Source: Octopus bimaculoides | Taxonomy: Eukaryota | Reading direction: 5' to 3' | Length of the DNA: 64,000 bases | NCBI RefSeq assembly: GCF_001194135.2 | Contig: NC_068983.1 | Span: 163,026,760-163,090,759, forward strand | Shown here: one piece after another, positions 1 through 13,146 of the stretch | Layout of the letters: the number at the start of each line of letters is the position of its first letter | Numbering within the stretch: position 1 is the stretch's first letter | Made by a program: the position numbers and the translations under genes | Notes under the pieces: model-generated | The model's database searches: none | What the model was told of the DNA's origin: nothing | Seen by the model: only the letters and a program-made list of their open reading frames with translations

Positions 1-499
1 TTACTATTCAAATTACTATTCAAATTACTATTCAATTACTATTCAAATTACTATTCAAATTACTATTCAATTACTATTCAAATTACTATTCAAATTACTA
101 TTCAAATTACTATTCAATTACTATTCAAATTACTATTCAAATTACTATTCAATTACTATTCAAATTACTATTCAAATTACTATTCAATTACTATTCAATT
201 ACTATTCAAATTACTATTCAAATTACTATCCAATTACTATTCAAATTACTATTCAAATTACTATTCAAATTACTATTCAAATTACTATTCAATTACTATT
301 CAAATTACTATTCAAATTACTATTCAATTACTATTCAAATTACTATTCAAATTTCTATTCAAATTACTATCCAATTACTATTCAAATTACTATTCAATTA
401 CTATTCAAATTACTATTCAATTACTATTCAATTACTATTCAATTACTATTCAATTACTATCCAATTACTATCCAATTACTATCCAATTACTATCCAATT
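1..499. repeat. Tandem minisatellite, 11/12-bp unit TTACTATTCAA(A), running off the left edge
   Basis: About 43 consecutive units are visible; a TTACTATCCAA variant clusters at the right end. Confidence 0.97.
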
Positions 500-1427
500 A
501 CGTTGTAATGAGTTGTTAAATTTTCGCTGTATCGTACTTCTGCGTTGTATAAATATCAAGACTTATTAACATGGAATGGATTTATAAAACAACTTTATAA
601 TTTATATCATTGAGTTTCTTATATGAAGTTAATAACGTGTATATGTGTATATGTATACAGACACAACACATGCAATTAGTTTTGGAAACTTTATCACTTT
701 GCACAGCTGTATGTCTCAGAGAGATAGGTTCCCTTCAGGAAAAAAAGCTTGTTTTATTTGGTAATAAATTTATTTTGAAGAGATTAATATTTAGTATGTC
801 AAACGATCTGTTAAGAAAAAATTGTAGTACAACAAAATTTGAACGCTGAGAAATGTGACAATATAATATGAAACACAAAATATAGTTTCCTGTCTCTATT
901 GAATCTTAACACTTTTTTTGTGCAGTCTTGCACATTCTTTATGTTCTTTCTCAAATCTTCCAAACAACATGGTGATTTCAATGCTGGCCTCTGCTATAAA
1001 CTATTTTATCTTTCTGGTTTGGTCAAAGCCAACATTGAACCAAGAAATATATTTCGATTCACAACGTGTAGAATATGAATTCTTCACAAATTTTTCGTTG
1101 GTTCCCTTCTCATCCCTGAAATTGCTGGTATAAGTGCGAAAAGTGGTATAGGAAAAAGGAGTGGCATCGTCTGCATACAGATGGCAGCCGTAGAGGTGAC
1201 AAGAATTAGGTTCTTTGGGTAGAAGCGGAAAGATATAGGTATAACCAAAGCCTGGAATTCAGCAAAATTGATAGAATCCGGATCAGAGGTGGCTCCACCC
1301 TTAAAAACCATGTAAGAAGTGGCAGACGAATGGAAACCCTGGCAGAAAGTTGTCAAGAAGATTCGAGCGCCAGGCACGATAGATTGCTTGACTGAAGGTG
1401 AAATATTGAGTACTGTAGTCCAAGGTA

Positions 1428-1492
1428 GACACACTGATAGCTTATGCTTGACACACTGATAGCTTATGCTTGACACACTGATAGCTTATGCT
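1428..1492. repeat. 22-bp tandem repeat x3 (GACACACTGATAGCTTATGCTT)
   Basis: Three head-to-tail copies, the last one base short. Confidence 0.95.
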
Positions 1493-1587
1493 CCAAGGGT
1501 GGTCATGATCTACTTTATATTTTTCAGCCCCCCCNNNNNNNNNNCCCGCGTATAAACAAAAACCACGAATAACTGTTCAGAAAGCCA

Positions 1588-2430
1588 GTTTTTTGCCCAT
1601 AACTCCCTGGTTTTTCGAGCGATTTCCTCCAAATTTGACACGAACATTACTCATGACATAAGAATTGTCTTGTTCAAAATTTTTATCAAGGTCCTCCGCG
1701 TTAATTGTAAAAAATCCGCGAATAACTGCATAAAATTCGTTTATTTTTGCCAATAACTTCCGCAGTTTCCAACCGATTCGTTCCTACATTGGCAAGAATA
1801 TTACCCATGCTTAATTGACTGTTTTAAACTAATGTTTTGTCAAGTTTATTCGCACTAAACTTGCCATTCACTGGATTAAACTTAGATTTTTGCTCACAAC
1901 TTCTGCCGTTTACTCACGCGTCAGGGATTTGGATCAGTTTTACCTCACTGATTTGACCTGTGTACATTAGTGTTTACTTAACCCACTCCTATAATCGCCT
2001 ACGGACATGATTCCCCCCACCACTTCAGCACATATTTTATTCAATTACCCTCCGCTCATATTGTGATAACAATAACACCGGGTGAACTGCGAGCATGACC
2101 TTTGACATATGGGCGTGAACACTATTAATACACACTGTCCTTTTTGATCTGTGTACATTAGTGCTTACTTACCTCCCCCCCCCCCGCCATATTATCGCCT
2201 ACGGCCATGTTGCCCCGCTACTCCAGCCTCTTGTTTGGTGTGAATGACTGCTTCTACCACGTTCTCAGTGTTTACTCTCTCCCCTCCCCCATTATCACTG
2301 ACGATCACAATGTCCCCTTTTCCTCACCATTATCCTTAATGACATGTTAATGGTCTGCCAATGAGGGGTGAACTGTGAACATGACCTTTGACCTATGCGC
2401 ATGAACACTATTGATTGTCCACTGGCACTG
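1588..2430. repeat. Degenerate internal repeats of an unclassified repeat or DNA-element arm
   Basis: TTTTGCCCATAACTCC-type motif recurs at ~1590, ~1745 and ~1886. TGTGTACATTAGTG...ATCGCCTACGG recurs at ~1959 and ~2149. GGTGAACTG..ATGACCTTTGAC recurs at ~2081 and ~2366. Confidence 0.5.
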
Positions 2431-3944
2431 TAATGAGCCCGTCCAATTAATTCTTTGACAGAATTTCATTGGTGGAGCACTGTTCACCTGATCATGCCAA
2501 TATCAAATCATAATTATTGATGCGCTTTTGTGCATATCTGATACGTGCTTCGGCTTACAGGTTAAGCCTACCATTTGATGTACATGATTGCTTTAACTTC
2601 ATGCTTCTTGTTGAAAATTTTCGTTGTCCCCATACTCAATTAAGTTAACTCCTTCATACTGTTGCCGCCTATCAGTTTTTAGCTTGTGTTGTTAAAAAAT
2701 ATTGTATTCAGTGTCTTTGTGTCCACATGCTAAATGCCTGTCCCTGCTTCCACCTGTTTTTGAATAATACGTTTAGTAGGTTCGCTTTTTATACATCGTG
2801 CCAAATTCGTTTTTCAGTGTCCCCTTTTGCCCGTTTATTAAAAAAACTCGCAATTTAAACAAAGTTCAATACTATCGCCATGTCACCTAAGAAAAGAACG
2901 CGCCTGTGAAAAGAGGGAGGGCGAGCCATGTTTCTCTCATGGCCAGTTATATGTCAGACGCTCCAGAGTTGGAAAAAAACAAAATCTATTAGTACTTGCC
3001 ACTAATGGCAAAACGAAAGATGTGGTCTACATAGAGGTATTGTAGGTACTTCATACACCAACTGCTTTCAAATTCGTGAACCTCGGAGCCTCCACTACGC
3101 CAGTACAACCTTGTAGACCTGATATGTGGTGAGTGCTACTGTAGTCATGCTTTCAAAGTTACTAACTTTCCTCAACCATGTTTCTTTTCCTTTGTCCAAC
3201 CTTGATTTGTCATCTGTTTTCGCAGAGTTTCACATTTCACAGCAACAGTTCCGTTGCTTTCGGTGTAAACGAAAACAAAAAGTTCTTTTCAGGGCCACTT
3301 TACATACGGTTGTTACACCGCCTGAGAACGCATTAAAGTCTTTCTCAGGACTTCGTATCAAACTGTTACCGCTTGGCTTCAGCGGTACCCGGCGACCAAT
3401 TTTGTTATAATTTTGTTTCAATAAGCGACCAATTTTGTTACTATTTGGCGTTAACGTTATTTATAACGTAGGAAATTTACTAAGTATCAAAACCATTGTA
3501 GTATTTGAATCCCTAGCAACTCCGAGTACTTCTGTAGTATGATATATCCATAGCTTGGTTAACATCGTTGCCATTTGCTAATTTGTATAACATTGTTACC
3601 AGTATTGTGAAATATGATTTAATTTCCCCAACACCTGGCCAACGCAGGCCCGAAAACATGTATAATTAATGCCGTAAAAATTCATATTATGTTTTAGTGG
3701 GAAATATTTGCCTTTCTTGTATTAAATATTTACTGTTAGATGGTAATTCAATGGAAACATTGAACGTCTGGCCTTTCCTGCTGTTATATATACACGTAAC
3801 AACGATTTTCTCGATGAAAATTACGAAAATATTGATTATCGGCTTATAAGTCAGCGAATAGCTACTAAGTGCCAGTTACTGTCACGTCTTGAAAAAATAA
3901 CTTATTAAAAAAAATCTGATAAAAATCATCAACTTATTCACTGA

Positions 3945-3947
3945 CAC

Positions 3948-4010
<63 letters not shown>

Positions 4011-4505
4011 GTGCGTATATATATGTATATATATGTATATATATATGTGTATATATATGTATATATATACAAATATATATATACGTGTATATATCCAAGT
4101 ATAAATATATTTATACGTCTGTGTGTGTGTGTCTCTCTCTCTATATATATACGTTTGTATGTGCATGCATGTGTGTGCATGTGTGTGTATGCATGCATGC
4201 ATATATATATATATATATANNNNNNNNNNNNNNNNNNNNNNNNNNNNNNNNNNNNNNNNNNNNNNNNNNNNNNNNNNNNNNNNNNNNNNNNNNNNNNNNN
4301 NNNNNNNNNNNNNNNNNNNNNNNNNNNNNNNNNNNNNNNNNNNNNNNNNNNNNNNNNNNNNNNNNNNNNNNNNNNNNNNNNNNNNNNNNNNNNNNNNNNN
4401 NNNNNNNNNNNNNNNNNNNNNNNNNNNNNNNNNNNNNNNNNNNNNNNNNNNNNNNNNNNNNNNNNNNNNNNNNNNNNNNNNNNNNNNNNNNNNNNNNNNN
4501 NNNNN

Positions 4506-4553
<48 letters not shown>

Positions 4554-4600
4554 TTACATACGTACATATATGCTTTTGTGTGTGTGTGTGTGTGTGTTTA
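3945..4600. repeat. Compound (CA)n/(TA)n/(TG)n microsatellites around an assembly gap
   Basis: Directly visible; N-run 4220-4505. Confidence 0.95.
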
Positions 4601-5048
4601 GAAGAAAGACTCAAATAATTTCACCATCTTTCTCTTACCCTTTTTCTTGTCCTCTCATCATGCACAGACTCACATTTTGTTCTCAGCCAAAAAAAGTCTC
4701 AAATATTTTCTAAAGTTTACACATTCGTTTTTTTGTTGTTTAGTCTCTCGATAATGCCCACACGCACACACGCACACACTGCTTCTCCTGCTTTTAGTTT
4801 TAATTCTTTGTCTTTACGTCATCATGTCTTAATACCATTTCTCTTTATAATCACTGGTAGCATTGGGGCTATCGGCCCTGACCCACGATGACTAAATGGC
4901 CATGATATCTACAGCAACAGCCAAGAAGGGGCTCCGTTTATATCCATTTCATTTCGATCCTGTTTCTCAAGCCTTATAGAATTCCCTTATCCTCCGTGTC
5001 TGTTTCCGTCCAATTTGGTTTTTAAACATGCAGTAAATGTTCTACTTT

Positions 5049-5421
5049 GGAGGTGCAATGGCCCAGTCGTTAGGGCAGTGGATTCACGGTCATAGGATCG
5101 CGGTTTCGATTCCCAGACTGGGCATTGTGAGTGTTTATTGAGCGAAAACACTTAAAGCTCCACGAGGCTCCGGCAGGGGATGGTGACAAACCCTGCTATA
5201 CTCTTTCACCACAGCTTTCTCTCACTCTTTCTTCCTGTTTCTGTTGTACCTGTATTTCAAAGGGCCAGCCTTGTCACACTGTGTCACGCTGAATCTCCCC
5301 GAGAACTACGTTAAGGGTACACATGTCTGTGGAGTGCTAAACCACTTGTAGGTTAATTTCATGAGCAGGCTGTTCCGTTGATCGGATCAACTGGAACCCT
5401 CGACGTCGTAAGCGACGGAGT
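5049..5421 (+). mobile_element. tRNA-derived SINE, full length (family C tail)
   Basis: A-box TGGCCCAGTCGTTAG and B-box GGTTTCGATTCCC; tail GATCGGATCAACTGGAACCCTCGACGTCGTAAGCGACGGAGT is shared with copies at 21110 and 51335. Confidence 0.85.
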
Positions 5422-6103
5422 ATCGTAGTAATATTCGCTACCATATTGGAACCATTTTTGCTGTCGTCTCACGGCGACTTTCTCTGCTTTCTCTTTCAAT
5501 ATCTCTGTCATCCAGTTCATCTTTTTCTTTTTCTTCACTTCTCCTCTTTTCTCTCTACACTTTCCTCCACGCTCCTACTTACCTACTTACTCTCTTTCTC
5601 TCTCCAAATTCTTTGTTTTCATCGAATGTCAGCCTGATACTACTATAAGTCATATCGCTCTTTTCTTTCTTCTCGAATCTCCCTCTGAGGACCAAAGTTT
5701 CAACAATTTTCTGACTTCCTTTCTCTCCCAGCGCTATTTCTTTTAATATACAATATTAATTTCATTTGTTATTACAGTCGAGAGACATGAGTGTTTGCGT
5801 GTTTTTAGTGCAGTCGAAAGACAAATGTCTTTCCTATTCTGTATATATTTCGTAGAAAAACTCAAATATATTTTGTATATTTTTTGTATCCTTTTGGTTG
5901 TCCAGTATCTTAATCGGACAACACTCTTCTGCAACAGTACAAGGCGTTTTCAGTGACTCAGTCTTCAATCTTTATTGTATTACTGCCACTGCGTAATATC
6001 ATTTCTGCCTGAAGCTACTGGCACCACCAGATATTGCTGGCACCATCGGGCATCTAATACACGAAGCCTTTCCGTTTAGGCCCATTTTGTTTTGACTAAG
6101 TCA

Positions 6104-6138
<35 letters not shown>

Positions 6139-7012
6139 NNNNNNNNNNNNNNNNNNNNNNNNNNNNNNNNNNNNNNNNNNNNNNNNNNNNNNNNNNNNNN
6201 NNNNNNNNNNNNNNNNNNNNNNNNNNNNNNNNNNNNNNNNNNNNNNNNNNNNNNNNNNNNNNNNNNNNNNNNNNNNNNNNNNNNNNNNNNNNNNNNNNNN
6301 NNNNNNNNNNNNNNNNNNNNNNNNNNNNNNNNNNNNNNNNNNNNNNNNNNNNNNNNNNNNNNNNNNNNNNNNNNNNNNNNNNNNNNNNNNNNNNNNNNNN
6401 NNNNNNNNNNNNNNNNNNNNNNNNNNNNNNNNNNNNNNNNNNNNNNNNNNNNNNNNNNNNNNNNNNNNNNNNNNNNNNNNNNNNNNNNNNNNNNNNNNNN
6501 NNNNNNNNNNNNNNNNNNNNNNNNNNNNNNNNNNNNNNNNNNNNNNNNNNNNNNNNNNNNNNNNNNNNNNNNNNNNNNNNNNNNNNNNNNNNNNNNNNNN
6601 NNNNNNNNNNNNNNNNNNNNNNNNNNNNNNNNNNNNNNNNNNNNNNNNNNNNNNNNNNNNNNNNNNNNNNNNNNNNNNNNNNNNNNNNNNNNNNNNNNNN
6701 NNNNNNNNNNNNNNNNNNNNNNNNNNNNNNNNNNNNNNNNNNNNNNNNNNNNNNNNNNNNNNNNNNNNNNNNNNNNNNNNNNNNNNNNNNNNNNNNNNNN
6801 NNNNNNNNNNNNNNNNNNNNNNNNNNNNNNNNNNNNNNNNNNNNNNNNNNNNNNNNNNNNNNNNNNNNNNNNNNNNNNCATGCAATTGCTTACCCCCAAC
6901 CTCAGTTTCTAGACCAAGGCCTCCACCACGATTTTTAAGAAATATGGTGGAAAACTAGCTCAGGGAGGCAGGGACGCTACTTCCTGAGACCTCTTTCGGA
7001 GGCCCCTACCTA

Positions 7013-7063
<51 letters not shown>

Positions 7064-7221
7064 CAAGTACGTACACACACACACATACACACACATATAT
7101 ATTCTGTCCTTCGTTGTTTCTATGTATAGAAAACAGAATTATACATTCAATGATATCGTGGAAAGGTGTCGGGATGAATAAAAGCTCAGTGGACGCGAAC
7201 GAAAAATTATTATGTGTGCTG

Positions 7222-7257
<36 letters not shown>

Positions 7258-7274
7258 TCATCATCATGTATATA

Positions 7275-8840
7275 AACTCTGTATCACGCTTTTTGCAGGT
7301 CAAATGTTTGTTGATATTTTGAATATTACACATTGTACAAACGTGAAACTTGGTTTACTGAATGATCCTAGGTAGGTACGTACGCAGTAGAAATTTCAAT
7401 CATATTGATAGGCAAAATACATAGTTATCTTGAGTTATGTATTTTGAGGTACTTTCAACTGTGTCACACTTTAGTGCAGGTGTACGAAAATGTCAATTTA
7501 AAGTAATGAAACAAAATATCGTTATATTACCATTTTATTGTAATAATGAAACAGTCTACCGAAGAATAGCAGCAAAAGATATGAAGCAAAGACAATTAAA
7601 TTGTTGGTGCTGTACTTTATTTGTCTACGCAATTCCTTTGTTTAGAAATGACATCAGTTTTTTGTTCACAGAAGCTGTTTGCCGACTAATCTGAGATGTT
7701 TTGGTACTAGTAACTGTTTTGCCCTTTTCCCACTGGGTATCCGTCAATGAAAACTGGATACCTCCTTCATACACTTTCCTCTCCAAGATCGACCAGAGCT
7801 GTTCGATAGGGTTTACGACAGGAGAACAGGAAGGCCAAATCATGAGTGATCGGCCTGTGATTCCCAAAGTTACGCGGCACGAGACTGTTGCCTTGGCTGA
7901 ATGCGAAGGAGCATTTTCATGCATAAAAGTCAAACGCCGTCGACGTGAGAGTGGCAGATAATCTAACCATTGCTGCAAAATGCTTTTCCAGAAACGCGCT
8001 GTAGGAGTTGCTGGTAAGTTTCACATCTTCTGGCACTCAGAAAGGCCCGAAAAGTAGTTCATTTTCTATGATTGCAGCCCAAAACATGACACCACCACCT
8101 CCTTGTTGATACGGAATACGATGCGAGTGAGAGGCTCCAAGAGGCACCCAAACTTTGGTCCATCCGTCGGGGACATCTAGGGTAGCTCTGGCCTCATCCG
8201 TAAAGAGGACATTTTGGAAATTGATATACATGTACCTCGGTGCCCGAGTAACACGCTTTTCTTTGTGGTTCTTGCTTAGGATAGGTATAACGATGCACTT
8301 AACACTTCTGGCCATCTCTTTAAGGATCTTACATCGGATGCTTCTGGACAAAGGAGCAGCCTCAGCACTTTAGTAAATGGCAGCACTTGTGCTATCGAGG
8401 TCTTTTCTTACGTATCTACCTATTTTTCGGATGTCACGCTGGGACACATTTCTTCTCGTACCTTTATCTTGCTTTGGGTTGGTGATGGGGTTTTCCACAT
8501 ACGCCTTCAATATTCTTGTATCGCGACCAAGCTCTTGAGCTAATCTCCCCACAGATAAGCCTTCTGCGAGACCTGCAACAATCCGCGTCTTCTCTGTCAC
8601 TGTCAGACGTCGTTTCAGGGGAAATTTTCGTACACATTCAATAAAGCGTGATACAGTTGAAAGCACCTCAAAATACATAACTCAACATAACTTTGTATGT
8701 AGCCTATCAATAAGATTGAAATGCTCACCGCGTACCTACCTACCTAGGATCTTTCAGTGGACCAAGTTTCACGTTTGTACAATGTGTAATATTCAAAATA
8801 GCAACAAACATTGGCCTGCAACAAAGCGTGATACACAGTT
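7275..8840 (-). mobile_element. Full-length Tc1-like DNA transposon, DD37E (TRT-like), 1566 bp
   Basis: ~200-215-bp TIRs (7275-~7490 and ~8623-8840) with TA on both sides; internal decayed transposase. Confidence 0.93.
7625..8624 (-). pseudogene. Decayed DD37E transposase
   Basis: Paired-like HTH (LTVTEKTRIVAGL..LGRDTR), FTDEARATLDVPDGW, QQGGGGVMFWA, FMH(E)NAPSH and WPSCSPVVNPIEQLW. There are 37 residues between the second acidic position and E. Stops and frameshifts are present. Confidence 0.92.
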
Positions 8841-9220
8841 TATATATGTTGTATGTGTGTGTGTGTGTGCGTGTGTGTTTGTATATGTGTGTTTGCACGA
8901 GCAAAATGAGTGTGTTGTAAATGATACAATGTAATTGAAAATTTGATATCCAGAGAAACCTGATGCTATCCTTTGCTCGCCAATCATCGACGGTATACGA
9001 ATTATTATTTTCAGAGTTTCTTATGCTACATTTCTGATTTGGGGATTCATGAAGGGCATTTCAGCAAATGTCGTGCTATTATTATTAAGAAGAAGAAGGG
9101 ATTTATAGCTTCCTCGCAGAACAATAAGTTGAATGAAGCCTTGTCTTGTAACGAGTGGAGAAAGTCATGGAGTCAAAGTTATCACGAAAGAGTCAAGGAG
9201 TGCATGCGTGTTGTTATGTT

Positions 9221-9610
9221 ATCTTTTATCTGTTACAGGTTACAGTCATTAGACTGTGGTCATACTGGGGCAGCGCATTAATGAAATCTTTAGTCGTGTG
9301 AATCGACTCTGGTACTTACTCTGTTTTAAAGCCTGTTACTTACTCCATCAGACTCTTTTGCCGAACCGCTAAATTACGGGGACGTAAACACACCATCACC
9401 GGCTGTCAAGTAGCGGTGGTGGTGGAGATAAAAACAAGCACAAAGACACACACACATACGAAGGGATTCTTTCAGTTTTCGTCTACAAAATCCACTCACA
9501 AGGCTTTGGTTGACCTCTAGGCTATAGTTGAAGGTGCCACGCATTGGGACTGAACCCAAAACCCTGAGCCATGTAATTGGGAAGTAAGCTACTTACTACA
9601 CAGCTACGCT
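9221..9610 (-). mobile_element. tRNA-derived CORE-type SINE (family A)
   Basis: Reverse strand has a tRNA-like head with B-box GGTTCAGTCCC, body AAAGCCTTGTGAGTGGATTT and an internal CA repeat; 7 copies in the window. Confidence 0.85.
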
Positions 9611-10089
9611 TGTGTGTATGTGCGTTGTTATATTGTATAATTTATTAGAAATAGTCTGGCGGCATAATGACTAGAGACGTCGGATTTGAACATAAAATTA
9701 ACACCGGAATCGGATAAGACATTGAGAAAATTGTAAGCATTATTAGCAGCAAGATTAAAAAGTTATTCAATCTCCAACGGTGGAATAACAATACTATACT
9801 TATTATTTAGTTGAATAACATTAATTATAAAAACCATTCTAAATTTCCTCAATTCAGTCGTGGAATGGTATCTCTCTGACTCGATACCTATTCTCATCAG
9901 GGTCTTAGAATTCCCCAAGTTATATAACAATATAAAAATGAATGACGTAGATAGCATTATACACGCTAAGAAAACTCAGGTCTTCGAGAGCTGTTATGGC
10001 TAGGTTAAAAGAAATCAAACCCCATTCAACGTTAGCAGGGGATCGTTTGATAGAGCACATACATACATACATACATATATACATACATA

Positions 10090-10753
10090 GAAGAACAGGA
10101 GATTGCAGCGAAATACCTAATAAACAAAAGCGACAATGAAGCTCTGAAAGCTCCAAGATGCAAACGAAAATCTTGATTATTTTATGTTTCTCTGGAAGTC
10201 ATCACACACGTGATTAGCAACTACCCCAAAAATGTCACCAAAGCACTAACTCTCTATGCGACATGACATTGTCGCAAAAAGAATACGCAATGCTATTCGG
10301 AAGAAATGGACTATTCTGGATTAGATGTAGGGGATCACCCTGTTATTGAATACGTACACAAATACCAATACGAGCAACATTGGTGGAACATTCCCATCAA
10401 AACATCAGTCATGTGTAAGCATAAGAGGCCGGATGTTATTGTTTGGGGCAGACAAAAAAGTATGCACCGTCGTGGAGGTCAGCTGTCTTGGGGATGTGAA
10501 ATACTCTTTGAAAATCAAAGAGAAAGAGAATAACCAAGGACAAACGCTTCAAAACCAGCAGCCTTCATATCCAGACTCTAAAATCACATTTATACCAATA
10601 ATAATTGGTGCGATTGTCTTTGCGAGTAATTGCCTAAGTGACAATCAAGATAAGCTAGGGTTTTCAGAAAAACAAGTCAACCAACCAACTCACACGTTAC
10701 AAATACCGTTTGTTAGTGACAGTAAAAATATACAAAGTTTTTCTCAAGATTAA
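10090..10753 (+). mobile_element. R4/Dong-like non-LTR retrotransposon 3' fragment (CCHC + restriction-like endonuclease), decayed
   Basis: EEQEIAAKYL, HVISN, MRHDIVAK, HWWNIPIKTSVMCKHKRPD, VCTVVEVSC and FIPIIIGA; frameshifted; preceded by (TACA)n. Confidence 0.85.
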
Positions 10754-11059
10754 AATGTGACATTGTGTTTGTCGTACCGTATCAAAGGCTTTCTTTGGAT
10801 TTCGTACCCCGCTGATACACTTTCAACTCATAAAAACAGATCAATCAACGCTGCTATTGGCAATAACAACAATAATGCAAACTCACGTTTCACGTTCGAA
10901 CCCAAACCATAGTCACTGAAAAGGGATTATGCCATGCGATGCGTGCGCTAGGAATGTTTCCTGTTAAAAGAAAAATATCACAAATGCATGAGACATTTAA
11001 TTACTCACTCTCGTATATTTGTGTATATGTATGCCTAACTCTCTGCATGTATGAATGTA

Positions 11060-12314
11060 TCAGGTCATTAAGAATTTTCTTATGCACCAACTTTGAGGCA
11101 CTCTAATGTTTTATCCTGACAATTCTTTGTTTTAAAACATTGAAGAGTTACATCATCACTTTTCGAAATGCAATTCATGGCATTTGATTATATTGTGAGC
11201 TTTCTCTTGGAAATCAATTTTTGTGAACCCATGGATAGATAAAAAATTCGTGTTGTTTATGAATATGAGCTCCGTCATGGAACCAATGCACTCCAGAGAA
11301 CTCGAAACATCAATGAGATGTTTAGTGAAGATGTGGTGAATGAGCGCACTGTGCAGCGATGGTTTGAGAAGTTCTGGTCAGGTGAATTTACTCTTGAAAA
11401 TCAGCTCCGTGGTAGACCTGACCAAGGTGGATAATGATGGGTTGAAAACTGTAGTGGAAGTGGATACATCTCAGACTATGCGTGAGTTAACAGCAAGGTT
11501 TGATGTTTCGATTCCAACTGTATTGGACCATCTGAAACAAATCAGCAAGGTAAAGAAGATGAACAAGTGGGTGCCACACGAACTGAACGAACATGAAATG
11601 ACACGTCGCCTTGAAACTTGCTGTTCTTTGCTGTCATCGCATAAAAGCGAACCATTTTTGCATCATATTGTTACGTGTGATGAAAAATGAATTCTTATCA
11701 ACAATAGCAAGCGTTCTGCACGGTGGTTGAATAGAGACAAAATGCCAAAACACAATCCAAAAAAGAATATTCACCAGAAAAAGCTAATGGTGTCTATTTG
11801 GTGGTCTAGCGTTGGTGTCATCCACTACAGCTTCATGAAACCTGGTAAGCGAATATGTACATCAACCAATTGAATGAAATGATGAGTGAACTTGCAATTA
11901 AATAACTGAGATTGGTTAATAGAGACTAGCCAATTCTCTTGTAAGACAATTCTCGACAACATGTTGCATAAAGAACGCTACTCTCGTTACAAGAATTGAA
12001 CTTGGAAGTGTTCTGCCATCCACCGTACTCCCCAGACCTTGCACCAACTGACTATTATGTCTTCCAGGCATTACACAACCTTTTTGCAAGGAAAACAACT
12101 TCAAATCCGAAGGTGTAAAAACAGCCTTTCATGATTTCATCACCTCTTGCTCTCCAGAATTGTTCGCTGCCGGCATAAATAAGCTACGGATAAAATGGCA
12201 AAATTGTGTTGATAATTTAGGTGCATACTTTGATTAACTGCATTGCTTTTTTGTTGAGATAAAGTAAAATAAACTTTCTGTTCAAAATCGGACATTTCAT
12301 TCTTAATGACCTAA
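11060..12314 (+). mobile_element. Full-length mariner (DD34D, cecropia/Hsmar1-like), 1255 bp
   Basis: Ends TCAGGTCATTAAGAAT / ATTCTTAATGACCTAA, with TA on both sides. Confidence 0.93.
11231..12237 (+). pseudogene. Decayed mariner transposase
   Basis: ERTVQRWF, WVPHEL, IVTCDEK, DNSRQH and HPPYSPDLAPTDY motifs; several stops and frameshifts. Confidence 0.93.
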
Positions 12315-13114
12315 TATATATGCATATGTGTATGAATGTGTATATGTATATACTTTTTATCTTTATATATCAGCGAAGGAAAGGAACATAGACAAGAAAA
12401 TGAAAGCAATATGTTATTTTTAGTCCATTTGAATGTTTGTATTGTTGAGGAGCGCGTTATGTCAATTCAGAGAGAAGTATTTGGCTATGTGGCGTGAGAT
12501 TAATATCGTTCTTTTGTTAAATCGTGCCAGAATGACAGAAACATTGGCGATTTTTGCATAAAACAAAGGTCACAGAATGTCGATTCCCCTTTAAGTGATA
12601 GAGCTTTCTCTAAATTCATTATCAATGTAATATAATTTTTTTCAATTATTTTTCATTTTAATATATTGCAAATGAACTCAACGAATTTTGAAGAGACTGT
12701 TTTCGTCTCTCCTTCTAAGGAGTGTTTGAAGAATCTCTTTCTCAGGCTTTCGATCGACCTGATGTGTCAATAAATACTTACGGGGTTGTATTTTGCTGAT
12801 AACTTTAATCGGCCTGTCTGTTATTCTCATAAACCTACAGAAGATATGTTGGTCACTCGAGTAATGCACGAAATGCTTGGTGTTAACTTACAATATTGGT
12901 TATAATCCTCACACACACACACACGTGCACATTTATAGCCATTTTCACACATATATTGACGCCTATATACCTAAATTATACAAAAGTTGTGTATATTTCT
13001 ATGAGTGTCTATAAATTTATGCATTTGCTTACGTAAATAAACGAGTGGCGACTCGTAAACTGGATAGTGGTTGTTTGTTCCCAATAGAATACATACATAC
13101 ATACGTAATATATG

Positions 13115-13146
<32 letters not shown>

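Noticed and set aside
1084-1476. 130-aa minus-strand ORF
   Set aside because: It starts inside the 22-bp tandem repeat and has no recognisable motif; kept only as unexplained sequence.
5049-5125. tRNA gene
   Set aside because: The tRNA-like boxes are SINE heads continuing into repeat bodies; no complete cloverleaf.
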